A stretch of DNA of 64,000 nt from Burkholderiaceae bacterium (lineage in GTDB: Bacteria > Pseudomonadota > Gammaproteobacteria > Burkholderiales > Burkholderiaceae_E): assembly GCA_043757735.1 (NCBI GenBank), contig JAYVOV010000314.1, positions 542 to 64,541 on the forward strand, written 5' to 3'. A model generated the notes under the pieces. It was not told the DNA's origin and made no database searches. It saw only the letters and a list, made by a program, of their open reading frames with translations. The position numbers were made by a program, and so were the translations under genes. Position 1 is the stretch's first letter, and every line of letters begins with the position of its first letter. This document shows, in pieces, positions 27,360-37,116 of this stretch.

Positions 27360-29204
27360 ATGTCCGACTCGATCATTGCCGACGCCAGGCCGGGCCGCCA
27401 GGCGACTTCCATCGCCTCGCTGGACCTGGCAATGATCGGCAATTGCACCATCAGCGCCCTGATCGACGGGCGCGGCGCCATCGTCTGGTGCTGCATGCCC
27501 CGATTCGACAGCGCGCCGGTCTTCGACGCGCTCCTGCAAGGCAGCGGCGGCGTCCCGCGGCAGGGCGCCATGAGCGTGGAGATCGACGAGTTCGAGAGAG
27601 CCGAGCAGTTCTACGATGCCGGTACCGCCATCGTTCGTACCCGGCTCTGGGACAATCGCGGCCAGGGCATTGAACTGGCGGACTTCGCGCCGCGCTTCTC
27701 CTCGCGTGACCGGGTCTTTCGCCCTGCCCAGATCGTGCGCAGAATTCGCCCGATTGCCGGGCATCCGCGGGTGCGAGTCTCGGTCGACCCGCGCGCCGAC
27801 TGGGGCGCCGCTCAGCCCGTAGTGACTCGCGGCAGCCACCACCTGAGCTATGCAATGCCGGCGTGCCGGCTGCGCTTGAACACGGACATCGCGCTCACCT
27901 ACCTGCTGGACGGCGCCTGGTTCTCGCTGCACGGCCCGTTGAGTCTGCTGCTCGGGCCCGACGAGACGCTGGCCGGCGGCGTCGACGAGACGGCCCGCGA
28001 ATTCGAAGAGATGACGAGTCTGTACTGGCGTGAATGGACAAGACGCCTGGCCCTGCCGCTGGAGTGGCAAGACGCAGTGATTCGTGCCGCGATCACGCTG
28101 AAACTGTGCCAGTACGAAGACACCGGCGCGATTGTCGCCGCGATGACGACCAGCATTCCGGAGGCGCCAGACAGCGGCCGCAACTGGGACTACCGGTACT
28201 GCTGGTTGCGCGATGCCTTTTTCGTCGTTCGCGCGCTCAACAGCCTGTCAGAGGTCGGCACTATGGAGGGCTACCTGAACTGGCTCTACAGCGTCGTGCG
28301 CAGCGCGGACCCGCAGTCAGGCCATATCCAGCCTCTGTACGGCATCGGCCTGGAGCGCCAGCTGCGCGAACGGCTGGTCCCACAGGCGGCCGGGTATCGA
28401 GGCATGGGCCCGGTTCGGGAAGGCAATCAGGCGCATGAACATTTCCAGCATGACGTCTATGGCAGCATCGTTCTCGGTGCAGCCCAGGCCTTCCATGACC
28501 ATCGGCTGTTTCGGCGCGGCGACGGCGCCGATTTTACGGCTCTCGAATTCATGGGCGAGCAGGCCTGGCGCCTCTACAACCAGCCGGACGCCGGCATCTG
28601 GGAGCTGCGGACCCGCGCCCGCATCCACACCTCTTCCGTTCTGATGTGCTGGGCGGCCTGCGACCGTCTGTCGAAAATCGCCGCTGTCTTGAAGCTCCCA
28701 ATGCGAACCAGCCTGTGGCGCAACCGGGCGCAAGTCATTCGCGAGACCCTGTTGAAGCGGGCATGGAACGCGGAGCGCCGCGCGTTCGTGGAAAGCCTGG
28801 ACGGCCGCGACCTCGACGCGAGCGTGCTGCTGATGCTCGAGGTCGGGTTTCTGTCGCCCGGGGACCCGCGCTTTCTAAGCACGGTGGAGGCACTGGAACG
28901 AACGCTGTGCGACGGCCCTTTCATGCGTCGCTATGAAGCGCCGGACGACTTCGGGCGCCCGGAGACCACCTTCAACGTCTGTTCGTTCTGGCGCGTCGAC
29001 GCGCTTGCCCGTATCGGCCGGCTGGACGAAGCGCGCGAAGCGTTCGAAACTCTGCTGTCGCACCGAAACGCGATGGGCCTGCTCAGCGAAGACCTCGATC
29101 CGGCCACCGGCGAACTCTGGGGCAATTTCCCCCAGACTTACTCGATGGTCGGCATCATCAGCGGCGCGGTCAGGCTGTCAGCGCCATGGGACAGCGCGGT
29201 TTGA
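27360..29204 (+). CDS. Glycoside hydrolase family 15 (glucoamylase/trehalase-like)
   Basis: Starts at ATG 27360. GNCTISALIDGRGAIVWCCMPRFDSAPVF, NWDYRYCWLRDA, LSEDLDPATGELWGNFPQTYSMVG. Confidence 0.85.
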   Translation: MSDSIIADARPGRQATSIASLDLAMIGNCTISALIDGRGAIVWCCMPRFDSAPVFDALLQGSGGVPRQGAMSVEIDEFERAEQFYDAGTAIVRTRLWDNRGQGIELADFAPRFSSRDRVFRPAQIVRRIRPIAGHPRVRVSVDPRADWGAAQPVVTRGSHHLSYAMPACRLRLNTDIALTYLLDGAWFSLHGPLSLLLGPDETLAGGVDETAREFEEMTSLYWREWTRRLALPLEWQDAVIRAAITLKLCQYEDTGAIVAAMTTSIPEAPDSGRNWDYRYCWLRDAFFVVRALNSLSEVGTMEGYLNWLYSVVRSADPQSGHIQPLYGIGLERQLRERLVPQAAGYRGMGPVREGNQAHEHFQHDVYGSIVLGAAQAFHDHRLFRRGDGADFTALEFMGEQAWRLYNQPDAGIWELRTRARIHTSSVLMCWAACDRLSKIAAVLKLPMRTSLWRNRAQVIRETLLKRAWNAERRAFVESLDGRDLDASVLLMLEVGFLSPGDPRFLSTVEALERTLCDGPFMRRYEAPDDFGRPETTFNVCSFWRVDALARIGRLDEAREAFETLLSHRNAMGLLSEDLDPATGELWGNFPQTYSMVGIISGAVRLSAPWDSAV

Positions 29205-29330
29205 GGGCTGGGCAACCATGACTGCCGCACGACTGGAATAAACCATGATCGACAATGCTGCGCCGCTCGAAGCCCTGCCGCAGTTTTCGTTAGTATCGAA
29301 GAGTCAACACCACTCAGGCACTTCTTCCCG

Positions 29331-30464
29331 TTGGATTCGACCGACCACGCCTGCCGACTCGAACTCGGCGGCGCCAGTGCAACACTCCGACTGTCAGGCG
29401 CATGGCGACTCAGCGCGCTCGGCAGCCTGTCGGCTGCGCTTGGCCGCTGCGAGCTCTTGAAAGTCGGCCACCGGCAGCTGACCATCGACGGCAGCGCCGT
29501 CACGTCACTCGACACCGCGGGCGCACTGCTCCTGCTGCGCCGGATAGCGCAATCGCGGGCCGACCCTCTCGGCATCCAGATGATCGGCTTCGACGCCCGC
29601 CACCTGCGGATCATCGAACTGGTGCGCGCGCGGCTCGGCGACATCGACTCGCCTCGCCACACCGCCACCCGCGGCCTGATCGCCGCCTTCGGCGCCGCCA
29701 TCGTCGACATCGGCCGGCTGGCAATCATTCACATCGGTTTTCTGGGGCTCACTGTCGCCGCGCTCGGCGCGGTGATCGTCTCGCCGCGGACACTGCGCCT
29801 GCGCGAACTGTTCGCGCAGCTGGGCCAGACCTGTGTGACCGCCATCCCGGTGGTGTCCCTGGTGATGTTCCTGATCGGGGTGGTCGTCGCTTATCTGCTC
29901 GGGCTGCAGGCGGCGCAGTACGGCGCAAACATCTTTGTCGTCGATGGTGTTGCACTGGGCATGGTGCGGGAGTTCTCGCCCCTGCTGGTCGCCACGGTGG
30001 TGGCTGGGCGCTCGGGCGCCGCGTTCACCGCGCAACTGGGCACGATGAAGCTCACCGAAGAAATCGACGCCATCCGCACCCTCGGGCTGTCGCCCGAGCA
30101 GGTGCTGCTGGTTCCCCGCGTGATTGCGCTGGCGATCGCCCTGCCGGTGCTGGTTTTTGTCGGCGACATCCTCGGCCTGGCCGGCGCGGCGCTGGTCTGC
30201 AGCCTGATGCTCGACATCACACCAACCACTTTCATCGATCGCCTGCAGGACGCGCTCCCTGTGAGCCATTACGTGATTGGTCTCGGCAAGGCGCCGGTGT
30301 TTGCGCTGCTGATCGCGGTGATCGGCTGCTCGATGGGCCTGACCGTCAGTCGCGACACCCGCTCGATCGGCATCAACACCACCTCGACCGTGGTCCAGAG
30401 CATCGTCGTCGTGATCCTGCTCGATGCGTTCTTCGCGGTGCTGTTCCAGGAGCTCGGCCTGTGA
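29331..30464 (+). CDS. MlaE-family ABC permease with an N-terminal STAS-like domain
   Basis: TTG start. The N-terminal about 110 aa are STAS-like (LRLSGAW...IDGSAVTSLDTAGALLLLR). Then REFSPLLVATVVAGRSGAAFTAQLGTMKLTEEIDAIRTLG. Confidence 0.8.
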   Translation: MDSTDHACRLELGGASATLRLSGAWRLSALGSLSAALGRCELLKVGHRQLTIDGSAVTSLDTAGALLLLRRIAQSRADPLGIQMIGFDARHLRIIELVRARLGDIDSPRHTATRGLIAAFGAAIVDIGRLAIIHIGFLGLTVAALGAVIVSPRTLRLRELFAQLGQTCVTAIPVVSLVMFLIGVVVAYLLGLQAAQYGANIFVVDGVALGMVREFSPLLVATVVAGRSGAAFTAQLGTMKLTEEIDAIRTLGLSPEQVLLVPRVIALAIALPVLVFVGDILGLAGAALVCSLMLDITPTTFIDRLQDALPVSHYVIGLGKAPVFALLIAVIGCSMGLTVSRDTRSIGINTTSTVVQSIVVVILLDAFFAVLFQELGL

Positions 30465-31303
30465 GCGAACCTGCGCCCCGCCCGCCAGGCGAGCCCGTTA
30501 TCGAGGTCGAATCGCTGGTCACGCGCTTCGGTTCGCAACTGGTGCACAACGGCGTCGACATCACCATTCGGCGCGGCGAACTGGTCGCATTGATCGGCGG
30601 CAGCGGCACCGGCAAGTCGGTGCTGCTGCGCGAGGTGATCGGGCTGCAGCGGCCTGACGCCGGGCGGGTTCGCCTGCTCGGCACCGACGTCTGGGCGAGC
30701 GACAGCGCGGCGCTCACCGCGGTGCGCCGACGCTTCGGTATGATGTTTCAAGACGGCGCACTGTTCTCGTCGCTCGATGTCGCTGCAAACGTGGCCACGC
30801 CCATTCTGGAGCACACCGATGTCCCGGCCGATCTGCTGGATGAACTGGTCAACCTGAGGCTCTCGCTCGCCGGACTGCCGGCGTCGGTCGGCGCCAAGAT
30901 GCCCAGCGAGTTGTCGGGCGGCATGCGCAAACGCGCGGCAATTGCCCGGGCCCTTGCGCTCGAGCCCGAGGTGCTGTTCCTCGACGAACCCACCTCCGGC
31001 CTGGATCCAATCACCGCGCGCGCCTTCGACCGCCTGCTCCAATTTTTGTGCCACGACCTGGGAATCACCGTCTTGATCGTCACGCATGACCTCGACACCC
31101 TGCTCACCATCGCCGAGCGGATCATCGTGCTCGGCAATGGCAAGGTGATCGCCGACGGCACGATGCAGGCCGTGACCTCGGTCGACGACCCCTGGATCAA
31201 ATCCTATTTTTCCGTGCGCGCTGCCCTTGGCCAGTCAGATCCCACCGGCGTCAACCCACAGCGGTCGCCAGACGACCAGAGAAAGGCGGCCGATGGAACC
31301 TGA
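30461..31303 (+). CDS. MlaF-like ABC transporter ATP-binding protein
   Basis: GTG 30461 overlaps the permease stop (GTGA). GGSGTGKS, LSGGMRKRAAIARAL, LFLDEPTSGLD. Confidence 0.85.
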   Translation: MSEPAPRPPGEPVIEVESLVTRFGSQLVHNGVDITIRRGELVALIGGSGTGKSVLLREVIGLQRPDAGRVRLLGTDVWASDSAALTAVRRRFGMMFQDGALFSSLDVAANVATPILEHTDVPADLLDELVNLRLSLAGLPASVGAKMPSELSGGMRKRAAIARALALEPEVLFLDEPTSGLDPITARAFDRLLQFLCHDLGITVLIVTHDLDTLLTIAERIIVLGNGKVIADGTMQAVTSVDDPWIKSYFSVRAALGQSDPTGVNPQRSPDDQRKAADGT

Positions 31304-32303
31304 AGCCCGCTACAAACTGGTCGGCGCGGTCGTGCTGGCGCTGCTCGCCGCCGCCGCGCTCATGAGCGTCTGGCTGTCGAGCGCCGGCATCGCCTCCGAA
31401 TTCCGCTTCTACACCATTCACTTCGAGCACCAGTCCCTGGAAGGCCTGCAGGTGGGGGGCGACGTCAACATGCAGGGCATCAAGGTAGGCAGGGTCGATG
31501 CGTTTTCGATCGAGCGCGGCAACATCAACCGGGTCAATGTGCGGGTGCGGGTCGCGCGCAGCACGCCGGTGAGCACGAACACGCGCGCGGTGGTGGCCCG
31601 CAACCTGTTGACGGGCATTGCCCGCGTCAATCTCGAGACCTCCGGCACACCCGGACCCGAACTCCAGACCATCCCCGACAACGAAAGCTATCCGGTAATC
31701 GCCGAAGGCACCTCCGACCTCGATCAGATCGCCCGGACTGCCAACAGTCTGGTGATCACCGCCGACTCCTCGCTCAAGAAAATCAACGAACTGCTCGACG
31801 ACAACAACCGCAAGGCGTTCACGCAGCTGCTGGTCGGCGTGCGCGACCTGGCGGTGGGCATGAACAAGCGGCTCGAGACCTTCGACCGTACCGCAGATGC
31901 GCTCACCGGCACCGCGCAGGCGCTGACCAGTGCCGCCGGTTCGTTCGAAAAAACCAGCGCCTCGGTGGCCGGCGTGGTCGATCGGGTCGGCGCAGCGGTG
32001 CAGCCATTGGCGCAGCAGGCCGGCGCCACGCTCGAGGACACTCGATCCGCGCTCGCCGATCTGCGGGGCGCAGTCCGCGACCTCGCCAGCGCCACCCGTT
32101 CACTGGAACGCGACGTCGGCACGCTGGCCCGCCGCACGGAAGATGCAACCGATGTTGCCCTGCTCGAGGTCCGCGCCACCGCCCAGCAGCTGCGCGCCGG
32201 CACGGAGCTGCTCACCCGCACACTCGATCGGCTGCAGGACCCGCGCGCCACCTTGCTCGGCCCGGGTGAACGGCAACTCGGCCCAGGGGAGCGGGTGAAA
32301 TGA
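31293..32303 (+). CDS. MCE/MlaD-domain protein with a long helical C-terminal region
   Basis: ATG 31293 overlaps the mlaF-like end. N-terminal TM, then GLQVGGDVNMQGIKVGRVDAF. Confidence 0.8.
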   Translation: MEPEARYKLVGAVVLALLAAAALMSVWLSSAGIASEFRFYTIHFEHQSLEGLQVGGDVNMQGIKVGRVDAFSIERGNINRVNVRVRVARSTPVSTNTRAVVARNLLTGIARVNLETSGTPGPELQTIPDNESYPVIAEGTSDLDQIARTANSLVITADSSLKKINELLDDNNRKAFTQLLVGVRDLAVGMNKRLETFDRTADALTGTAQALTSAAGSFEKTSASVAGVVDRVGAAVQPLAQQAGATLEDTRSALADLRGAVRDLASATRSLERDVGTLARRTEDATDVALLEVRATAQQLRAGTELLTRTLDRLQDPRATLLGPGERQLGPGERVK

Positions 32304-33001
32304 AACAACCACAGCCAGTACTCGGGTTCGCAACAGCGAGCACCACCATCGACATGCGCCGACGTGCGCTGGTGCTCGCCGCCTCGGCAGGCGCACTGGC
32401 AACGGCTTCGGGCTGTGTGTCGATCAGCGGTGGCGATTCGCCGCCGCTGATTCAATACCTGCTCGATGACCGTGACAGCGGCAATGGCGGCGCCGGCGGC
32501 GCCGTCAATCCGGGTGGTTCGCCGCGCATCGATCAGGGTCTGCTCGTGTCGCCAGTGACGGCGTCGAGCTTCGATGAGAGCTCGATGCTCGCGTATGGGC
32601 GCGAACCCGGCATCCGCGCGCACTACCAGTTCGCCGGCTGGACAGACCGGCCTGCCCGACGGATCGGCCTGCTGGTCGAACGCCGCCTCGCGGCGCGCGG
32701 GCGCTTTGCCTCGGTTGCACAAAGCACCGCGGGCGTCCGTGGCGACCTGCTGCTCAACCTTTCGCTCGAGCACCTGTACCACGATGTTTCGCCGCCGCCC
32801 GGCCGGGCGCGGGTCGGGCTGGTGGCCGAGCTGATCCAGTGGCGCAGCCGCGTCATGCTGGCCCGGCGCAGCTTCGAGCAGACCGCGCCGGTGGCGCGCG
32901 GGGCCGCGGAGGCTGCGGTCGACGCGATCAGCCGGGCCTTGACAGCCCTGTTCGATGAGTTGAGCGCCTGGGTGGAGACCGAGGCGCTCGCGGCCCGGTA
33001 A
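32300..33001 (+). CDS. ABC-type transport auxiliary lipoprotein (PqiC/YmbA-like)
   Basis: ATGA overlap with the MCE gene. Signal peptide plus lipobox ALATASGC. Position is typical of the fourth gene in MCE operons. Confidence 0.6.
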   Translation: MKQPQPVLGFATASTTIDMRRRALVLAASAGALATASGCVSISGGDSPPLIQYLLDDRDSGNGGAGGAVNPGGSPRIDQGLLVSPVTASSFDESSMLAYGREPGIRAHYQFAGWTDRPARRIGLLVERRLAARGRFASVAQSTAGVRGDLLLNLSLEHLYHDVSPPPGRARVGLVAELIQWRSRVMLARRSFEQTAPVARGAAEAAVDAISRALTALFDELSAWVETEALAAR

Positions 33002-34180
33002 TCAGCGCTCCAGCGTCAGCGCCACACCCATGCCACCGCCGATGCACAGCGATGCGATGCCCTTCTTGGCATTGCGGCGCTGCATTTCGTGGATCAAAGT
33101 GACCAGGATGCGGCAGCCCGACGCGCCGATCGGGTGACCGATCGCGATCGCGCCGCCATTCACGTTCACCTTGCTCGTGTCCCAGCCCATTTCCTGATGC
33201 ACCGCGCAGGCCTGCGCAGCGAAGGCTTCATTGATTTCGAGCAGATCGAGATCGGCGGCTTTCCAGCCGGCCCGCTGCAGCGCGCGCTGGCTGGCCGGTA
33301 CTGGGCCCATGCCCATGGTGGCCGGGTCCACGCCCGCCGACGCATACGACGCAATGCGCGCCAGCGGGGTCAGCCCGAGCTGGCTGGCCTTTTTGGCGGT
33401 CATGACCACCACGCCGGCCGCCCCGTCGTTCAAGCCCGATGCGTTGCCGGCGGTGACGCTGCCCGCTTTGTCGAAGGCTGGCCGCAGGCCGGCCAGGCCG
33501 TCGGCGCTGGTCTTGCGGTTGATGAATTCATCGGCGGCGAAGACGATCGGATCGCCTTTCTTCTGCGCGATGCTGAACGGCACGATCTCGTCCTTGAAGC
33601 GGCCCGCGTCCTGCGCGGCAGCGGCCTTCTGCTGCGAGGCCAGCGCGAGCGCGTCCTGCGCATCGCGGGCAATGCCGTATTTCTTGGCGACGTTCTCCGC
33701 GGTGATGCCCATGTGGTACTGGTTGAAGGCGTCCCACAGACCATCGATGATCATCGAGTCGACCAGTTTCCAGTCACCCATGCGCATCCCGTCGCGCGAG
33801 CCCGGCTGAACGTGGGGCGACATGCTCATGCTTTCCTGGCCGCCCGCGATCACGATGTCGCCATCGCCATCGCGGATCGACTGCACGGCCAGCATCACCG
33901 CCTTGAGGCCCGAACCGCAGACTTTATTGATGGTCATCGCCGGCACATGGTTCGGCAGGCCTGCCTTGATGACGGACTGCCGTGCCGGATTCTGGCCAGC
34001 GCCCGCCTGCAGAACCTGTCCGAGGATGACCTCGCTGATCTGGTCGCCCGTCAGCCTGGCGCGTTTGAGCAGTTCGACGAGTACGGCCGCGCCGAGTTCG
34101 GTGGCGGGCGTCTTGGCGAGCGTTCCGCCAAATTTGCCCACGGCGGTGCGTGCGGCAGCAACGATGACGACATCTTCCAT
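33002..34180 (-). CDS. Acetyl-CoA C-acetyltransferase (biosynthetic-type thiolase)
   Basis: Starts at ATG 34180 with an AAGGAG Shine-Dalgarno. MEDVVIVAAARTAVGKFGG, INKVCGSGLKAV, NGGAIAIGHPIGASG, CIGGGMG. Confidence 0.9.
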   Translation of the reverse strand: MEDVVIVAAARTAVGKFGGTLAKTPATELGAAVLVELLKRARLTGDQISEVILGQVLQAGAGQNPARQSVIKAGLPNHVPAMTINKVCGSGLKAVMLAVQSIRDGDGDIVIAGGQESMSMSPHVQPGSRDGMRMGDWKLVDSMIIDGLWDAFNQYHMGITAENVAKKYGIARDAQDALALASQQKAAAAQDAGRFKDEIVPFSIAQKKGDPIVFAADEFINRKTSADGLAGLRPAFDKAGSVTAGNASGLNDGAAGVVVMTAKKASQLGLTPLARIASYASAGVDPATMGMGPVPASQRALQRAGWKAADLDLLEINEAFAAQACAVHQEMGWDTSKVNVNGGAIAIGHPIGASGCRILVTLIHEMQRRNAKKGIASLCIGGGMGVALTLER

Positions 34181-34472
34181 GGAAACTCCTTCGGTGGCTG
34201 TGTTGGGTGACGACGGTATGTGTGGCTGGCGACAGATTGAATTGTCGCCTTTTTGAGCAGCCGGCGATGTTTTCAATTGCCGGTCCGCCCAGCTTCCCGC
34301 GCACAATAATGCCGCCGCCTGACGCGGCCATGACGACAGGAAACAAACCACGACCAAGGTCAAGACCCCTGACAGCCTGCGCGGCGCGCGCTGGTTCGCG
34401 CCGGTCGAGGAGCCGTCGATCTATTGAGCCGCTCCCGCGTGCCGGCAAGCGCCGGCACGGGTCGGCCGATGC

Positions 34473-35753
34473 TTACTTCTTGACCAACGGGCAGAGGCTC
34501 TGACTGAGCGGACGGAAGGCCTGTTCAGCGGGGATCGTGGCCATCAGCTTGAAGTAATCCCAGGGAACCTTGGACTCCGACGGCTTCTTGACTTCGAACA
34601 GATACATTTCGCGCATCATCCGGCCGTCTTCGCGGATCTTGCCGTTCTTCACGAACATGTCGTTGATCGGGTTCGCGCGGATCCATTTATTGACAACGTC
34701 GGTGTCGTCGGTACCGGTGGCCTTCACTGCCTTCAGGTAGTGCAAGGTCGACGAATAGGCGCCCGCCTGCAGCATGTTGGGCATCTTCTTCATCTTCTCG
34801 AAATAACGGCGCGACCACTTGCGGGTGTCGTCGTTCATGTCATGGTAGAACGACGAGGCCAGCTGCATGCCCTGGGTGGTCTCCAGCCCGAGCGAGTGCA
34901 CGTCGTTGATGAACAGCAGAAGTCCGGCAAGTTTCTGGTTCTTGGTGATGCCGAACTCGTTGGCACTCTTGATCGCGTTGACCACGTCACCGCCCGCGTT
35001 CGCCAGGCCGATGATCTTGGCCTTGGAAGCCTGCGCCTGCAGCAGGAACGAGGAAAAATCTGCCGTGTTCAGCGGATGGCGCACCGAGCCCAGCACCTTG
35101 CCACCCTCCGCCTTCACCACGTCCGAGGTGTCTTTTTCCAGCGCCTGCCCGAATGCGTAGTCGGCCGTCAGGAAGAACCAGGTGTCGCCACCGCCTTTGA
35201 CCACGCCGCGCCCGACGACCGCCGCCAGTGCGTAGGTGTCCCATGCATAGTGCACCGTGACCGCATTGCACTTGTCGTTCGTGAGTGCGCTGGTGCCCGG
35301 ACCCGACAGCAGCGCGAGCTTGTTGCGCTGCCTGGCCACCTCGGAGGCCGCCAACGCGGTCGCCGACGCGCCGACGTCGCCCAGCATGTCGACTTTCTGC
35401 GAGTCGAACCACTCGCGAGCCTTGGCCGCTGCCAGGTCTGGCTTATTCTGGTGATCGGCGAAGACGACTTCGATCGGGAAGCCGTGGACCTTGCCGCCGA
35501 AGTCTTCGATGGCGAGTCTGACTGCCTCGACCGTTCCCATGCCGGTCAGGTCGGCATACAGACTGTTCATGTCGTTCAGGAGGCCAATCTTGACCACGCC
35601 GTCGGAAATCTTGGGCACGATCTTGGGCGCGGCACCCTGGCCTTGCGCTGCGGTGCTCAGGAGGCCCGCAGCAAGCACCGTGCCGATGGCGGCGGTCAGA
35701 CGTTTGAGCGAGGTGCGGCAGGCCGCGCCCAAGACAAGTTGATGCTTCTTCAT
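34473..35753 (-). CDS. ABC transporter substrate-binding protein (Leu/Ile/Val-binding, PBP type I family)
   Basis: Starts at ATG 35753. Has a signal peptide. VKIGLLNDMNSLYADLTGMGTVEAVRLAIEDFGG is typical. Confidence 0.8.
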   Translation of the reverse strand: MKKHQLVLGAACRTSLKRLTAAIGTVLAAGLLSTAAQGQGAAPKIVPKISDGVVKIGLLNDMNSLYADLTGMGTVEAVRLAIEDFGGKVHGFPIEVVFADHQNKPDLAAAKAREWFDSQKVDMLGDVGASATALAASEVARQRNKLALLSGPGTSALTNDKCNAVTVHYAWDTYALAAVVGRGVVKGGGDTWFFLTADYAFGQALEKDTSDVVKAEGGKVLGSVRHPLNTADFSSFLLQAQASKAKIIGLANAGGDVVNAIKSANEFGITKNQKLAGLLLFINDVHSLGLETTQGMQLASSFYHDMNDDTRKWSRRYFEKMKKMPNMLQAGAYSSTLHYLKAVKATGTDDTDVVNKWIRANPINDMFVKNGKIREDGRMMREMYLFEVKKPSESKVPWDYFKLMATIPAEQAFRPLSQSLCPLVKK

Positions 35754-35874
35754 TGATCTGTCTCCAATGACCCTGAATGGTTGGTTCTTGCGCCAATTGC
35801 GCGAGCTGAAGGGCGAAGGGCTCGCCGCTTCGGGTGCCATGGTAACCCGATCGAAGGTGCTGCAAACCGATTGC

Positions 35875-36951
35875 TCAGTCAGACGATCGGGGCATTGTCA
35901 CGGCGCAGCGATCGGCCCAGCCGCGCAGCTCCTCGACGATTCCCTGGCGCAGCGCAAGGCCATCGCGCAATTGTGTGGCGCGCCGGCTCAGACCCCGCTG
36001 CCCCGGCATGCGCACCGGCTCGCCGCCGGCGACCGGCGGATTGCCGACGCAGGCCTGCGAAACCCAATCCATCTGCGTGCGGAATTCAGCAAGCCCGCTG
36101 AACGCCTGCGGATCGATCACCTGCACATAGACCGTGTTGCCCCAGCGATCGCCCGGCGCGCTGCGGCCATGCCCGGCCAGGCCAGCCGTGAGCGCCTCCA
36201 CCATCAGCGCCAGCCCGTAGCCCTTGTGGCCCGCATCCTTGCCGCCCACCGGCAAAATGGTGCCGGCACGGGGTGGGAACAGCACCGCCGGATCGTCGCT
36301 CGGCGCACCGGTCTCGTCGATCAGCCAGGGCCCGGGCAGGCGCCGGCTCTCCCGATGCAGACGACCGGTGAGGCCGTTGGTGGTGAGCGAGGTGGAGACA
36401 TCGACCATCACCGGATCGGTGCCGGTCGGGTAGCCGATAGCCAGCGGGCTGGGCGAAAACAAGGCCTTCGTCCCGCCATAGGGTGCGACGCTGCCCCCGG
36501 CCGGCGCCGACGAGAACAGCACCAGCACCTGGCCCGTTTCCGCGACGCGCCGCGCATAGACCGCAAGGCAGGCGATGTGATGGCCGTGGCCGATGCTCAC
36601 GATCCCGGTGCCCCATTTTTTCGCCCGCGCGCCGGCGACTTCGATCGCACGCAGCATCAACCAGGGGCCCGGCAGACGGCGGGCATCCCAGGTTTGCACC
36701 GCGCCCTTGTCCGACACCACCACCGGGTCGCCAGTCACCGTCATCCGGCCGGCCTGCACATCGGCCAGATAGACCGGCAGCAGCTGCAGGCCATGCGTAT
36801 CGTGGCCGAGCAGATCCCCCTCGACCAGCACGCTCGCCACGTCGGCCGCACGGTCAGCGGGCATGCCCACCGATTCGAGCAGCGCCTGCGCGAATGTCTC
36901 GAGCGCGCCCGCCTCGAAGTGGCAGGGAAGTGAAAGTGGATCATGCGTCAT
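35875..36951 (-). CDS. Ldh_2 family (malate/L-lactate/ureidoglycolate-type) oxidoreductase
   Basis: LLGHDTHGLQLLPVY, and GGKDAGHKGYGLALMVEAL. Confidence 0.8.
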   Translation of the reverse strand: MTHDPLSLPCHFEAGALETFAQALLESVGMPADRAADVASVLVEGDLLGHDTHGLQLLPVYLADVQAGRMTVTGDPVVVSDKGAVQTWDARRLPGPWLMLRAIEVAGARAKKWGTGIVSIGHGHHIACLAVYARRVAETGQVLVLFSSAPAGGSVAPYGGTKALFSPSPLAIGYPTGTDPVMVDVSTSLTTNGLTGRLHRESRRLPGPWLIDETGAPSDDPAVLFPPRAGTILPVGGKDAGHKGYGLALMVEALTAGLAGHGRSAPGDRWGNTVYVQVIDPQAFSGLAEFRTQMDWVSQACVGNPPVAGGEPVRMPGQRGLSRRATQLRDGLALRQGIVEELRGWADRCAVTMPRSSD

Positions 36952-37116
36952 GAGTCATCCCCTCAGCTTGGACCGATTCCGCCGCTGCCAGCGAGCATTG
37001 CCGCGCAAGCCTGGTTGACGACGCGCGGAGTTTAACCATAGTGTGGTCCGGCTCGGGATGTTGACGATGGCGCGTCCATTGCCCGCCCCGCCGATGCTCT
37101 GGAGACAGTTAGACCC

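Noticed and set aside
29402-30460. N-terminal 353 codons of ORF 29402..31303
   Set aside because: This part is out of frame over the MlaE-like permease and Arg/Pro-rich. Only the segment from GTG 30461 (the ABC ATPase) is protein-like.
34438-34459. 9-bp stem hairpin CGTGCCGGC-AAGC-GCCGGCACG downstream of the binding-protein gene
   Set aside because: No U-tract follows it on the relevant (minus) strand, so it is not called as an intrinsic terminator.
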